This document shows, in pieces, positions 8,064-16,981 of a DNA stretch of 64,000 nt (positions are counted from its first letter, which is position 1; the number at the start of each line of letters is the position of its first letter). Origin of the DNA: Actinomycetes bacterium (GTDB lineage: Bacteria > Actinomycetota > Acidimicrobiia > Acidimicrobiales > Bog-793); the NCBI GenBank assembly GCA_021798745.1, contig JAJZBW010000001.1, positions 1,188 to 65,187 on the forward strand, given 5' to 3'. The notes beneath the pieces were generated by a model. The model did no database searches. It was given only the letters and a program-made list of their open reading frames with translations, and was not told the origin of the DNA. The position numbers and the translations under genes are program-made.

Positions 8064-9431
8064 TCAGCGGACGCCGGATGGTCGGTCGGCTGGCGGCGCG
8101 CCCGGCGAGTGGTGGGCACGCCACCACCCGGCAGCGGTGTAGAGGGACGCGGGAACGAGGGCCCGGGAGACTGCGGTCGCGCCTGCCGCGGCGAGGGCGA
8201 TCGGCACGAGGAGGGAGAGGCCGCTGTGGGTGAGCTCGACCACGAGCGCCACCGAGGCGATCGGGCTCTGCATCGCCCCGGCGAGGAGCGCCGCCGCGCC
8301 GATGAGCGCGAACCCGGCAACCGGTCCGGCCGGGAGGATCACCGCCCAGGCTCGCCCGGCGAGGGTCCCCACGAGGGCGCCGACGGCGAGCGTCGGGGTG
8401 AACAGCCCGCCGACTGCCCCCGCGCGCAGGCAGGCGGCGGTGGCAAGGGGCCGTGCCACCACGATGACGGCGACGAGGGGGAGGCTGAGCGCTCCGGAGA
8501 AGGCCAGCTGGGCCACGTCCTTGCCGTTGCCGAGCACCTCGGGGAGACCGATCGCGACCACGCCGAGCGCACCGAAGGCGACCGCGACCGTGCCCGCGGC
8601 CCGCGTCCCCGTGGTCGCCCTCGCCTTTGCCCACCCGACGGCCACGACGAGGCCCGCGCCGATCAGCCCGGCAAGCAGGCCGAGGAGCACGGCCCACAAG
8701 GTGAGCGAGGCGCTGACCGGGAGGTGGCCGACGTCGTAGGTGGGGCGGTCGGGGAGCAGCAGCCAGGAGACTCCGGTCGCCACGCCTGCGGTGGCGAGGG
8801 CGGGGAGGACCGCCGGAAGCGCCAAGGTTCCGAGCAGCACCTCGGCCGCGAACAGGGCGCCGCCGAAGGGGACGTTGTAGACGGCGGCCATGCCGGCTCC
8901 GGCCCCGCAGGCGACGAGGACCTGGCGCTCCGTCGCGCTGAGCCCGGCCCGATCGCACAGGCTGCTCGCCAGCCCGGCGCCGAGCTCTTTGGGGGCGCCT
9001 TCCCGGCCCAGGGTCGCACCGACTCCGACCGCCACGATCTGCAGGAGTGCGTTCGCCGCGGTGTCGAGGGGCCGTAGCCGTCCCTCGTGCTCCCAGACCG
9101 CCTCGTCGAGCCCCCGTACCGGGCCGCCGAGCTTGCGCAGCAGGACCCACGCCGTGCCGAGGGCGATCCCGGCGCCGGCCAGCACCGCGAGGGGGCGCCA
9201 GGGTGGCGCGTGGCGGACGCCGGTCTGGAAGTCGCCGTGGCGGTAGCCGTACGCGAGGTGCTGGACGGCGTGGAGGATCGCCATGAGAACCCCGGCGCCG
9301 AGCCCCGCCCCGACGCCAGCAAGGACGACGACCAGCCAGAGCCGCCACGAGCGCAGGGAGAGGTCCGACGCGTCGCCATCGAGCGGCAGGTTGGGCTGGC
9401 GCGGCCCCCGCCCGCGTGCGGCGGCCGCCAC
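8064..9431 (-). CDS. ClC-family voltage-gated chloride channel / H+-Cl- antiporter
   Basis: It is polytopic and carries the ClC signatures GREGP (GATLGREGAPKE), GAGMAAVYNVPFGGALF and GGLFTPTL. I chose the GTG at 9431, just after the upstream stop. The ORF itself extends to 9566. Confidence 0.85.
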   Translation of the reverse strand: MAAAARGRGPRQPNLPLDGDASDLSLRSWRLWLVVVLAGVGAGLGAGVLMAILHAVQHLAYGYRHGDFQTGVRHAPPWRPLAVLAGAGIALGTAWVLLRKLGGPVRGLDEAVWEHEGRLRPLDTAANALLQIVAVGVGATLGREGAPKELGAGLASSLCDRAGLSATERQVLVACGAGAGMAAVYNVPFGGALFAAEVLLGTLALPAVLPALATAGVATGVSWLLLPDRPTYDVGHLPVSASLTLWAVLLGLLAGLIGAGLVVAVGWAKARATTGTRAAGTVAVAFGALGVVAIGLPEVLGNGKDVAQLAFSGALSLPLVAVIVVARPLATAACLRAGAVGGLFTPTLAVGALVGTLAGRAWAVILPAGPVAGFALIGAAALLAGAMQSPIASVALVVELTHSGLSLLVPIALAAAGATAVSRALVPASLYTAAGWWRAHHSPGAPPADRPSGVR

Positions 9432-9435
9432 GACG

Positions 9436-9750
9436 CTAGCGGGCGAGCTGTCGCCGGGAGAGGTGCCGTTGCCCGTGCAGCGCGGTGACGAGCATCGCCG
9501 AGCCGGCGACGGCGACGGCGGACCGGACCACGAGCCCCGCGCCGACGGCGAGACCGGCTGCCCCACCGATGAAGGACCCCACGATGCGGACCATCATCGT
9601 CGCAGCGAGGTCCATCCCCGCGTGGTCGGGCGCCACGAGACGTCCGGGGCCGCCGATGGCGAGGGCGCCGAGAGCCGCGAAGACCGGCGAGCCGAGCACC
9701 ATGGAGCAAGCGTAGGCCCGATGTCTCCCCGCCCGGCGGTCGGCGGCCAC
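9436..9750 (-). CDS. Small hydrophobic ORF, possibly the last piece of a decayed transporter gene
   Basis: It reads MVLGSPVFAALGALAIGGPGRLV...IVGSFIGGAAGLAVGAGLVV, which looks like a TM segment. Neighbouring frames upstream also carry plausible fragments (see findings). Confidence 0.3.
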   Translation of the reverse strand: MAADRRAGRHRAYACSMVLGSPVFAALGALAIGGPGRLVAPDHAGMDLAATMMVRIVGSFIGGAAGLAVGAGLVVRSAVAVAGSAMLVTALHGQRHLSRRQLAR

Positions 9751-10379
9751 CCGGGGCGGTTCGGGCCGATGACCTCGTCACCGGTGCCGACCGGCACGCC
9801 CCGCGAGCGCCTGCCGGCCGCGGTGGCGAGCGCGTTCTGGCCGACGACGCTGGCCGACAGCAAGACGAGCTGGAGGAAGTCCCGGGAGACCCGCGAGGCG
9901 AGCGTGAGCACGCTGTGTGGGGTGGACGCCTCGGGGAGCCCCACGAGGGCAGGTGCGGCGAAGGCGAGGCGTGCGCGCACCACATGGTGCCCACCCCGTT
10001 GGTCACGTTCGTGGCGAGCCATGAGTTGAACCGGGCGGCGGCGCCGTCCCGCGGCAGAGGATCGCTCGCCCTCACGGGTCGAGGCGTGTGCCCGAGCGTC
10101 TCGTTCGTGACGTGGTGCGGAGCGTGGTCGTAGATGCGTGGTCGTAGATGGAGCGACGATCCGTCGAATGCTCCTCCCGGTGGGACGGCGGCGGGGCCAC
10201 GTCGTGCCCGCTCCTGTCGCGGGCGCGCCACCGCGGGGCGGTCACGAGCGGACGCCGACCCGACGCGTCGAGCCTTGCGGGATCGGAGCCGACGGCGTGA
10301 CCCCGACCGACGCTCCTGTGCTGGCAAGATCGACGGCGACCCCCGACCCGGCCGTTGCCGACCGCGAGGAGCCCGCCCG

Positions 10380-12218
10380 ATGGACCACGCCGACTCGACG
10401 AGCGACACGAGCGCGCCGGCCTCCAGCGCCGGGACGGGAGCCGGGGCCGGCGGCGAGCTCGCCGAGGAGATCACCAGCCTCGAGGGGATCCCTGCGCTCT
10501 CGCTCGACGCGATCAGCTCGGTGGCCTACGGGCCCGAGGCGATGCTGGCGGTGCTGGCGACCGCCGGGGCGGGGGCGCTGGCCAAGATCGAGCCGATCAC
10601 CGTGGCCATCGTGCTGCTGCTCGTGATCCTGGTGCTCTCCTACCGCCAGGTGATCCGGGCCTATCCCGACGGTGGCGGCTGCTACGCCGTGTCCAAGGCC
10701 AACCTCGGCCATCGGGCCAGCCTGCTGGCGGGGGCGTCGCTCATCGTCGACTACGTGCTCACCGTGGCGGTGTCGATCGCGGCGGGCGTCGCCGCGTTGG
10801 TGTCGGCCTTCCCGGGCCTCGCCCCCGACAGCCTGCCCATCTCCCTCGGCGTCCTGGCAGTGCTGACCGCGCTCAACCTGCGGGGGTTGGCGACGAGCGC
10901 CCGGGCGCTGTTGTTGCCGACCGCCGTGTTCATCGTGGGGATCTACGTCGTCATCGTGGCCGGGCTGTTCCGTTCGCATCCGCTTCCCGGGGCGGAGATC
11001 CACGTCTCGGTCCCCACCGCGGCGGCTGCGGTCGGCGTGCTGTTGCTCTTGAAGGCGTTCGCGGCGGGCTGCAGCGCGCTGACCGGGGTGGAGGCCATCG
11101 CCAACGACGTGCCCATCTTCCGGGCACCCAAGGTGCGCCGGGCCATGCGCACCGAGGTGCTCCTGGGGGGGATCCTCGGCACGATGCTGCTCGGCCTGTC
11201 GGTGCTCACCGTCCGCTTCCACATCGCTCCGGAGGCCTCGCAGACGGTGCTCAGCCAGATAACCGGCGCGTCGGTCGGGCGGGGGGCCATCTACTACGTG
11301 GTCGACCTCTCGACCACCGCCATCCTGGCCATCGCCGCCAACACCTCCTTCGGCGGCCTGCCGGTGCTCGCCAGCCTGCTCGCCCGGGACAACCTGCTCC
11401 CGCACGTCTTCGGCCTGCGCGGGGATCGCCCCGTCTACCGCTACGGAGTGGTGGTGCTCGCCGCGCTCGCCGGTGTGCTGCTCGTCGCTGTCGATGCCAA
11501 CACCAACGCCCTCATCCCCCTCTTCGCCATCGGGGTGTTCACCGGCTTCACCCTCTCCCAGACCGGCCTCGTGCGCCACTGGCTCCACGAGCGGCCGGGG
11601 CGCTGGTGGGCCCGGGCCGGCCTCAACGGTCTCGGGGCGGCGATGACCGCGGTCGCGACCGTCATCTTCGTCGTCACCAAGTTCGCGGCCGGCGCCTGGG
11701 TGGTGGTGATAGCGATCCCTGCCCTGATCGTGCTCTTCTCCCGCATCGACGCCTACTACCGAGGCGTCGCCGACGAGATCGGCCTCGGCACGCTGCCTCC
11801 CGCCCCGGTGGCGGAGAGGAGCCTCGTAGTGGTCGCCGTCACCGCCGTCTCGAAGATGACCGCGGCCGCCCTCACGGCGGCGCTCTCGCTCGCCGACGAG
11901 GTTGTGGCAGTCAGCGTGCAGTTCGACGACCAACGAGCGGCATCGCTCCGATCCGACTGGGACAGATGGAACCCCGGGGTGCCGCTCACGGTCCTGCGCC
12001 CACCCACTCGCTCGATCACCAAGCCCATGCTTGCCCACCTGGACGACCTGATGCACCAGGACTGCTCCCAGGTGCTCGTGCTCATCCCCGAGGTGGAGCC
12101 GAGGAAGTGGCGCCACCAGCTCCTCCAGAACCAGCGCGGCATCCTCCTCGCCAATGACCTGCGCCGACACTGCGACGTCAACGTCGCCCGGATGCCGTTC
12201 CGCCTCGCCAAGATGTAG
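10380..12218 (+). CDS. APC-superfamily amino acid/cation permease with a C-terminal cytoplasmic domain
   Basis: It starts at MDHADST and is 612 aa. About 12 TM segments are present (SLDAISSVAYGPEAML..., AANTSFGGLPVLASLLARD), followed by a soluble tail. Confidence 0.85.
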   Translation: MDHADSTSDTSAPASSAGTGAGAGGELAEEITSLEGIPALSLDAISSVAYGPEAMLAVLATAGAGALAKIEPITVAIVLLLVILVLSYRQVIRAYPDGGGCYAVSKANLGHRASLLAGASLIVDYVLTVAVSIAAGVAALVSAFPGLAPDSLPISLGVLAVLTALNLRGLATSARALLLPTAVFIVGIYVVIVAGLFRSHPLPGAEIHVSVPTAAAAVGVLLLLKAFAAGCSALTGVEAIANDVPIFRAPKVRRAMRTEVLLGGILGTMLLGLSVLTVRFHIAPEASQTVLSQITGASVGRGAIYYVVDLSTTAILAIAANTSFGGLPVLASLLARDNLLPHVFGLRGDRPVYRYGVVVLAALAGVLLVAVDANTNALIPLFAIGVFTGFTLSQTGLVRHWLHERPGRWWARAGLNGLGAAMTAVATVIFVVTKFAAGAWVVVIAIPALIVLFSRIDAYYRGVADEIGLGTLPPAPVAERSLVVVAVTAVSKMTAAALTAALSLADEVVAVSVQFDDQRAASLRSDWDRWNPGVPLTVLRPPTRSITKPMLAHLDDLMHQDCSQVLVLIPEVEPRKWRHQLLQNQRGILLANDLRRHCDVNVARMPFRLAKM

Positions 12219-12236
12219 CAACGAAGATGTAGCAAC
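12210..12236. repeat. Tandem duplication AAGATGTAGCAAC-g-AAGATGTAGCAAC spanning the permease stop codon
   Basis: Read directly from the sequence. The TAG stop at 12216-12218 lies inside copy 1. Confidence 0.8.
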
Positions 12237-12419
12237 AGGGCCGAACCGTCAACCCCGGGCATCGAGCACGGCCCGGAGCCGCGTCGACGCCGAGCCCGTG
12301 CGACGGCGCGTCATGCAGGTGGGCAGCGCCCGACTGGCGGGAGCGCGAGACGAGGAGACCCTCGCCACAGACCTCGGCGACGTCGAGCGGGCGCAGGACC
12401 GTGGCCCGAGCGACCGCGC

Positions 12420-13232
12420 TCAGGGCCGACAGACGATCTCGCCGTGGGGGATCGTGATCCAACCGGTGTCCGAGCGCGCCCAGCGGAGCCACGCGTCGGC
12501 CATTGCCGCGAGCTCGGCGTCCGTCGCACCGCCCTGGGAGCGCGCACCGTCGGCGAACGCCGAGCGGGTGACGCGCTCGCTCCAGGAGGCCCCCCACCAC
12601 CGGCGCTCCTCCGCGCTCGCGTAGACCCACGAGCTCGCCGAGGCGGTGATCTCCGAGAATCCCGCCTCCCGCGCCCACGGGACGAGCCACCGCCCGCCGC
12701 GCGGCTCGCCTCCGTCGGTTCGCGCGACCGTGAGGTACAGCTCGAGCCACCGGTCGAGCACGGGGTCGGGTGGCGTCCAGAGGAACCCTCCGTAGTCCCC
12801 GTCCCGCGCCGCGACGACGCCCCCCGCACGGCACACGCGGCGCATCTCGCGAAGAGCGGCCACCGGGTCGGCCAGGTGCTGGAGCACCTGGTGGGCGTGG
12901 ACCACGTCGAAGGACCCGTCCTCGTACGGCAGCGCGAGCACGTCGGCCTGCTCGATCAGGACCGTCTCTGCCCCCTGCGCGGCGACCGTGGCACGGGCCT
13001 CTGCGAGGATGCCCCCTGCGGCGTCGACGCCGACGACCGTGCCCGGAGCGACGAGAGACGCGAGACCGGCCGTGATCGTGCCCGGACCGCAGCCGACGTC
13101 GAGGACCCGCTGGCCGGGGACGAGGTGGGGGATCAGGTAGGCGCACGAGTTCGCCGCGGTCCGCCACCGGTGGGACTGGAGGACGCTCTCGTGGTGCCCG
13201 TGGGTGTAGCGCCTCCCCGAAGTGTCGGTCAT
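12420..13232 (-). CDS. Class I SAM-dependent methyltransferase (UbiE/COQ5-like)
   Basis: The SAM motif VLDVGCGPGTIT is present, with motif II DGSFDVVHAHQVLQHL. The start is MTDTSGRRYTHGHHESV. Confidence 0.85.
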   Translation of the reverse strand: MTDTSGRRYTHGHHESVLQSHRWRTAANSCAYLIPHLVPGQRVLDVGCGPGTITAGLASLVAPGTVVGVDAAGGILAEARATVAAQGAETVLIEQADVLALPYEDGSFDVVHAHQVLQHLADPVAALREMRRVCRAGGVVAARDGDYGGFLWTPPDPVLDRWLELYLTVARTDGGEPRGGRWLVPWAREAGFSEITASASSWVYASAEERRWWGASWSERVTRSAFADGARSQGGATDAELAAMADAWLRWARSDTGWITIPHGEIVCRP

Positions 13233-13324
13233 CGCGACATCATTGGCCTCGCCGGCGCGATCCACAAACAGATAATCCGTACGTAGCTCATAAGCTTTTC
13301 GGATGTCGCCGGGTAGCATCGCAG

Positions 13325-14320
13325 GTGATGGCGCGGTCGGAGTGGCTTCGGACGTTCGTCGCGGTGTACCGCGCCGGGTCCGTGACCGCCGGCGCGCGCC
13401 AGCGCGGCCTCTCCCAGCCGGCCGCGAGCCAGCAGCTCGCGGCGCTGCAGCAGCGAGCGGGAGGCCCGTTGTTCACGCGAACTCCCGCCGGGGTCGAGGC
13501 GACCTCACGCGGGCGCGAGCTCTACGGACGGGTCGCGGACGCCCTCGACCGCCTCGAGGGCGTGCTCGCGGCGCTCGACGGCGGCAGCATCCTCGAGCCG
13601 GCCGTCGTCCGCGTCGGGGCCTCCGCAGAGTACGCGGCGCTCCGGCTCGTTCCCGCGCTCGCCGGCACCGCGGCAACCGTCCGGCTGCGGTTCGGGGACG
13701 ACTCGGACCTCCTCGGTCTCCTCGTCTCGGGAGAGCTGGAGGTGGCGTGCCTCTCGCGCGTCCCGGAACGCCGCGACCTCTCCGTCGTCCCGCTCCCGAC
13801 GGAGCCCTTCGTCCTCGTGTCCGCCCCGGAGCTGGCCCCGTCCGCCCGTGTGGCCGCGGACCCGCTCCGGCTCGGCGCGTGGCTCGCCGGGCGCCCGTGG
13901 GTGGCCGTCACGGTCGAGCTCCCGCGCACGCGACGACTCTGGTCGGAGGTGCTCGGCCGACCGTTCGCGGGTGACCTCCGGCTCGTGGCGCCCGACCGAC
14001 GCGTCGTCTCCGCCGCGGTCGCCGCGGGCATGGGGACCAGCCTCCTCCCGCGCTACGCATGCGAGGTGGCGCTCGCGACGGGTGCGGTCGTCCCCCTCGG
14101 GACGGTCGGAGACCGCGTCCCGCCCGAGCCCTGGTTCGCCTCGACGCGCGCGCCTCGGAGCGAGACGGTCGCGACCGTCGTCGACGCGGTGCGTGCCCGT
14201 GCGGGCGCCGCGCCGCGGCCCCGGGCGGGCCCGGGGCACGGGACGGGCGGTGGGGACGCTGCAGACGGGCGGGCGGAGCAGAGGAGCGGAGCGACATGGC
14301 CGACGAGTACTCGCTGGTGA
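13325..14320 (+). CDS. LysR-family transcriptional regulator
   Basis: The N-terminal wHTH reads LRTFVAVYRAGSVTAGARQRGLSQPAASQQLAALQ. It is divergent from the methyltransferase. The 3' end overlaps the cutA start by 25 nt. Confidence 0.85.
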   Translation: MMARSEWLRTFVAVYRAGSVTAGARQRGLSQPAASQQLAALQQRAGGPLFTRTPAGVEATSRGRELYGRVADALDRLEGVLAALDGGSILEPAVVRVGASAEYAALRLVPALAGTAATVRLRFGDDSDLLGLLVSGELEVACLSRVPERRDLSVVPLPTEPFVLVSAPELAPSARVAADPLRLGAWLAGRPWVAVTVELPRTRRLWSEVLGRPFAGDLRLVAPDRRVVSAAVAAGMGTSLLPRYACEVALATGAVVPLGTVGDRVPPEPWFASTRAPRSETVATVVDAVRARAGAAPRPRAGPGHGTGGGDAADGRAEQRSGATWPTSTRW

Positions 14321-14610
14321 CCATCGCGGCGCCGGACGGGGAGTCCGCCCGGCGCATGGCGGACGATCTCCTCGCGGGCAGGCTCGCGGCGTCCGTCCAA
14401 CTGCTCCCGATCGAGAGCCACTACGTGTGGAAGGGCGAGGTCGTCCACCGGGAGGAGGTGCTCCTCCTCGTGACCACGCGGACGGCGCTCTACCCGGCCC
14501 TCGAGACCGCCGTCGCCGGGTCCCACGAGTACGAGGTCCCCGAGATCGTGCGCATCCCCGTCGCGGCGGGGCTCCCCGCGTACCTGGACTGGATATCGGC
14601 GGTCACCTGA
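14296..14610 (+). CDS. cutA: Divalent-cation tolerance protein CutA
   Basis: It begins MADEYSLVTIAAPDGESARRMADDLLAGRLAASVQLLPIESHYVWKGEV, which is typical of CutA1. A GAGGAG RBS lies upstream. Confidence 0.85.
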   Translation: MADEYSLVTIAAPDGESARRMADDLLAGRLAASVQLLPIESHYVWKGEVVHREEVLLLVTTRTALYPALETAVAGSHEYEVPEIVRIPVAAGLPAYLDWISAVT

Positions 14611-15307
14611 GGGGCGCCTGTGCCTGCGACTGGCCGAGCGGGCGGTCGTCCCGTGCGATCCGGTAGCCGACGTTCGCGACGGTCTCTACGACGGTCGGCT
14701 CCCCGAGCTTGCGCCTGAGGCGGCTGATCGTCACGAGGACCGCGTTCGTGAAGGGGTCGGCGTGCTCGTCCCAGACCTGCTCGAGCAGGTCCTCCGCGCT
14801 GAGCACCGACTCGCCCGCGTGGAGGAGCGCCTCGAGGACGGCGAACTCCTTGGCGGACAGCTCGACGACCCGGCCCGCGCGAGTGACGCGGTGGGCGACC
14901 GTGTCGAACTCGACGTCCGAGGAGCGGAGCACGCACGGGCGCACGCCGGGCTGCCGTCGCGCGAGCGCCCGGACGCGAAGGACGAGCTCGGGGAAGTGGA
15001 AGGGCTTCGCGAGGTAGTCGTCGGCCCCCGCACCGAGCCCGCTGACCCGGTCCTCGGGGGACCCCGAGGCGGTGAGCATGAGCACCATCGCGCGTCCCTC
15101 GGAACCGGTGATCGCCCGGCACAAGACGTCACCGTGGGTCCCCGGCAGGTCGCGGTCGAGCACGACGACGTCGTAGGAGCTGATCGCGAGCTTGCGTGCC
15201 GCCTCGTCACCGTCGCGCGCGACGTCGACGGCCATGGCCTGGTCCCGCAGGCCCTCCGCGACGACCTCGGCGAGCCGGGTCGAGTCCTCCACGACGAGCA
15301 CCCTCAC
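14603..15307 (-). CDS. Response regulator, OmpR/PhoB family
   Basis: It begins VRVLVVEDSTRLAEVV. A REC domain and a winged-helix output (LSAKEFAVLEALL...VANVGYRI) are present. The GTG start overlaps the kinase stop (GTGA). Confidence 0.9.
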   Translation of the reverse strand: MRVLVVEDSTRLAEVVAEGLRDQAMAVDVARDGDEAARKLAISSYDVVVLDRDLPGTHGDVLCRAITGSEGRAMVLMLTASGSPEDRVSGLGAGADDYLAKPFHFPELVLRVRALARRQPGVRPCVLRSSDVEFDTVAHRVTRAGRVVELSAKEFAVLEALLHAGESVLSAEDLLEQVWDEHADPFTNAVLVTISRLRRKLGEPTVVETVANVGYRIARDDRPLGQSQAQAPLR

Positions 15308-16629
15308 GGCCGCGCCGCCCCTCCGGTGCCCTCCGGGAGAGCGCGCGCGGGGCGCGCCGCGAGCGGGAGGTCGACCTCGACTCGCAGCCCGCCCTCCGCG
15401 ATCGCCGTGAGAGCGAGCGACCCGCCGTGCGCGTCGGCGACGGCCGCGACGATCGAGAGCCCGAGCCCGAACCCCCCGTCCGACCCCGTGCGCTCCGTCC
15501 CCGCCCTCCGGAACGGCTGGACGAGGTCGACGACGCCGTTCCCGTCGAGCACCTGGCCGGAGTTCTCGACCACGAGCACGGCGGTGGAGCCGCGGGTGCC
15601 CGTGCGCACGCGCACGAATCCGCCGGGCTCGTTGTGCCGAACCGCGTTGTCGAGGAGGTTCTCGACCAGCTGGGTGAGAAGCGTCGCGTTGCCCGAGACC
15701 CAGGCGTCCGCGCAACCGGGCGCGTCCACGGCGAGCCCGAGCCTCGTGACCGGGCGCTCACGACGCGCGATCGCGGACGCCACGAGCTGGTCGAGCGCGA
15801 GGGGGGTGTCGAGGCCGGCGGGCCCCCTCTCGGCCCGTGCGAGCACGAGGAGCCCCTCGAGCAGGCGGTCGACCCCGTCGAGCTCGACGCGGAACCGCTC
15901 GGCGAGGGTCGCGAGAGGAGGGGGGACCGGTCCGGGCTTCGCGACCGCGACGTCGAGAGCCGCCCGCATCGTCGCAAGCGGGGTGCGGAGCTCGTGGGAG
16001 GCGTTCGCGACGAAGAGGCGCTGGGCCTGGAACGACCTCTCGAGCCGTTCGAGCAGCCCGTCGAAGGTGTCGCCGAGCTGCTTCAGCTCGTCGTCGGGAC
16101 CGGCGAGCGCGAGGCGCTCGTGGAGGTTGCTCGCGGAGATGTCGCGCACGCTGTTCGTGATCGCGCGCAGTGGTCGCAGCACCCGCCCCGCCGAGACCCA
16201 CCCGAGCGCGGCTGCGAGGACGACCGTCAGCGCGAGCGCGATCCCCGAGTAGAGGAGCAGCTGGTGGAGGTCCGAGCTCTGTTGGCCTGCGGCAACGATC
16301 CGGAGCTGCTCGGTGACCTTCCGGAGGACCTCGACGGGCGGGACACGCGGCAGTCCTGCCCGAGCCGGCCCGCCGAGCGCCGGGCTGACGCCTCCCGGCG
16401 GCACGAGCCCGAGCGCGACCGCCCCGGCCGCGGTGATGTCGATGATCCGCGCCGGCACCCTTGCGGAGACGGCGACACGCGTGCTCGTCGCACGCCCCCA
16501 CAGCAGGGCCGTCAGGACGACCAGGGCGGCTACCGACCCGAGGAACAGCGCCCCGTAGGAGGTCGCGAGCCGAGCGCGGACCGTCCGTCGGGAGCCTTCG
16601 CGCCCGTGTGCCGCTCCCTTGCGTCCCAT
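15304..16629 (-). CDS. Sensor histidine kinase (HAMP-HisKA-HATPase_c)
   Basis: The H-box is FVANASHELRTPLATM. The N, G1 and G2 regions are present (LLDNAVRHN, GFGLGLSIV). It has two TM segments and HAMP. Confidence 0.9.
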   Translation of the reverse strand: MGRKGAAHGREGSRRTVRARLATSYGALFLGSVAALVVLTALLWGRATSTRVAVSARVPARIIDITAAGAVALGLVPPGGVSPALGGPARAGLPRVPPVEVLRKVTEQLRIVAAGQQSSDLHQLLLYSGIALALTVVLAAALGWVSAGRVLRPLRAITNSVRDISASNLHERLALAGPDDELKQLGDTFDGLLERLERSFQAQRLFVANASHELRTPLATMRAALDVAVAKPGPVPPPLATLAERFRVELDGVDRLLEGLLVLARAERGPAGLDTPLALDQLVASAIARRERPVTRLGLAVDAPGCADAWVSGNATLLTQLVENLLDNAVRHNEPGGFVRVRTGTRGSTAVLVVENSGQVLDGNGVVDLVQPFRRAGTERTGSDGGFGLGLSIVAAVADAHGGSLALTAIAEGGLRVEVDLPLAARPARALPEGTGGAARP

Positions 16630-16808
16630 GGGTCACCTCGTGTGGCTCGTGCCCGCCGGCGTGCCAGGAGCCGGGACCCCCTGTCGCTCTCCGGTCGCGG
16701 CCGCGAGCGGACGCCCGAGCGCTCGGCCTTCCGGGCGTCGCCGCGCGAGCCTCGCCCGGCCGTGCGTCGCGCGCGCCGTCGCTCCGCCAACGGCGAACCA
16801 TAGGCGCG

Positions 16809-16838
16809 CGCCCGTTCTCGTGACGCCCGTTCCCGTGA
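16809..16838. promoter_or_regulatory. Tandem 15-nt direct repeat CGCCCGTTC(T/C)CGTGA x2, about 180-210 nt upstream of the OmpR-type HK/RR operon
   Basis: Read directly from the sequence; the two units differ at one position. OmpR-family regulators bind direct repeats, so function here is inferred only. Confidence 0.3.
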
Positions 16839-16981
16839 GGCCCATCTCCTCCGGAGCCGCGGGTGCGCGAGGTCCGGGTGGGCGCGGGGGCCGGATGCGC
16901 CTCGGGCGCGCGATCCGCGTCCCCTCGCGGCGTTGCACCCGGGAGCCGACGTGTCGCCCTCCTCGTCTCGCGCCCCCGCGC

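Noticed and set aside
7651-9348. Long ORFs on the strand or frame opposite to recognisable genes. Examples are 7651..9348(-), 8663..10474(-), 10242..12221(-), 10355..12157(+), 26299..27924(-), 28933..31617(-), 33324..35306(-), 55938..59129(+) and 56275..58446(-).
   Set aside because: Their translations are Arg/Pro/Gly/Ala/Asp-rich low-complexity strings with no motifs. Each lies entirely over a gene with clear family signatures. They are typical shadow ORFs of very GC-rich DNA, where stop codons are rare.
9432-9566. A longer ClC start at 9566.
   Set aside because: That extension is Pro/Ser/Gly/Arg-rich, precedes the first TM segment by about 70 residues and overlaps the upstream ORF 9436..9750. 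The GTG at 9431 directly follows that ORF's stop. The true start remains unverified.
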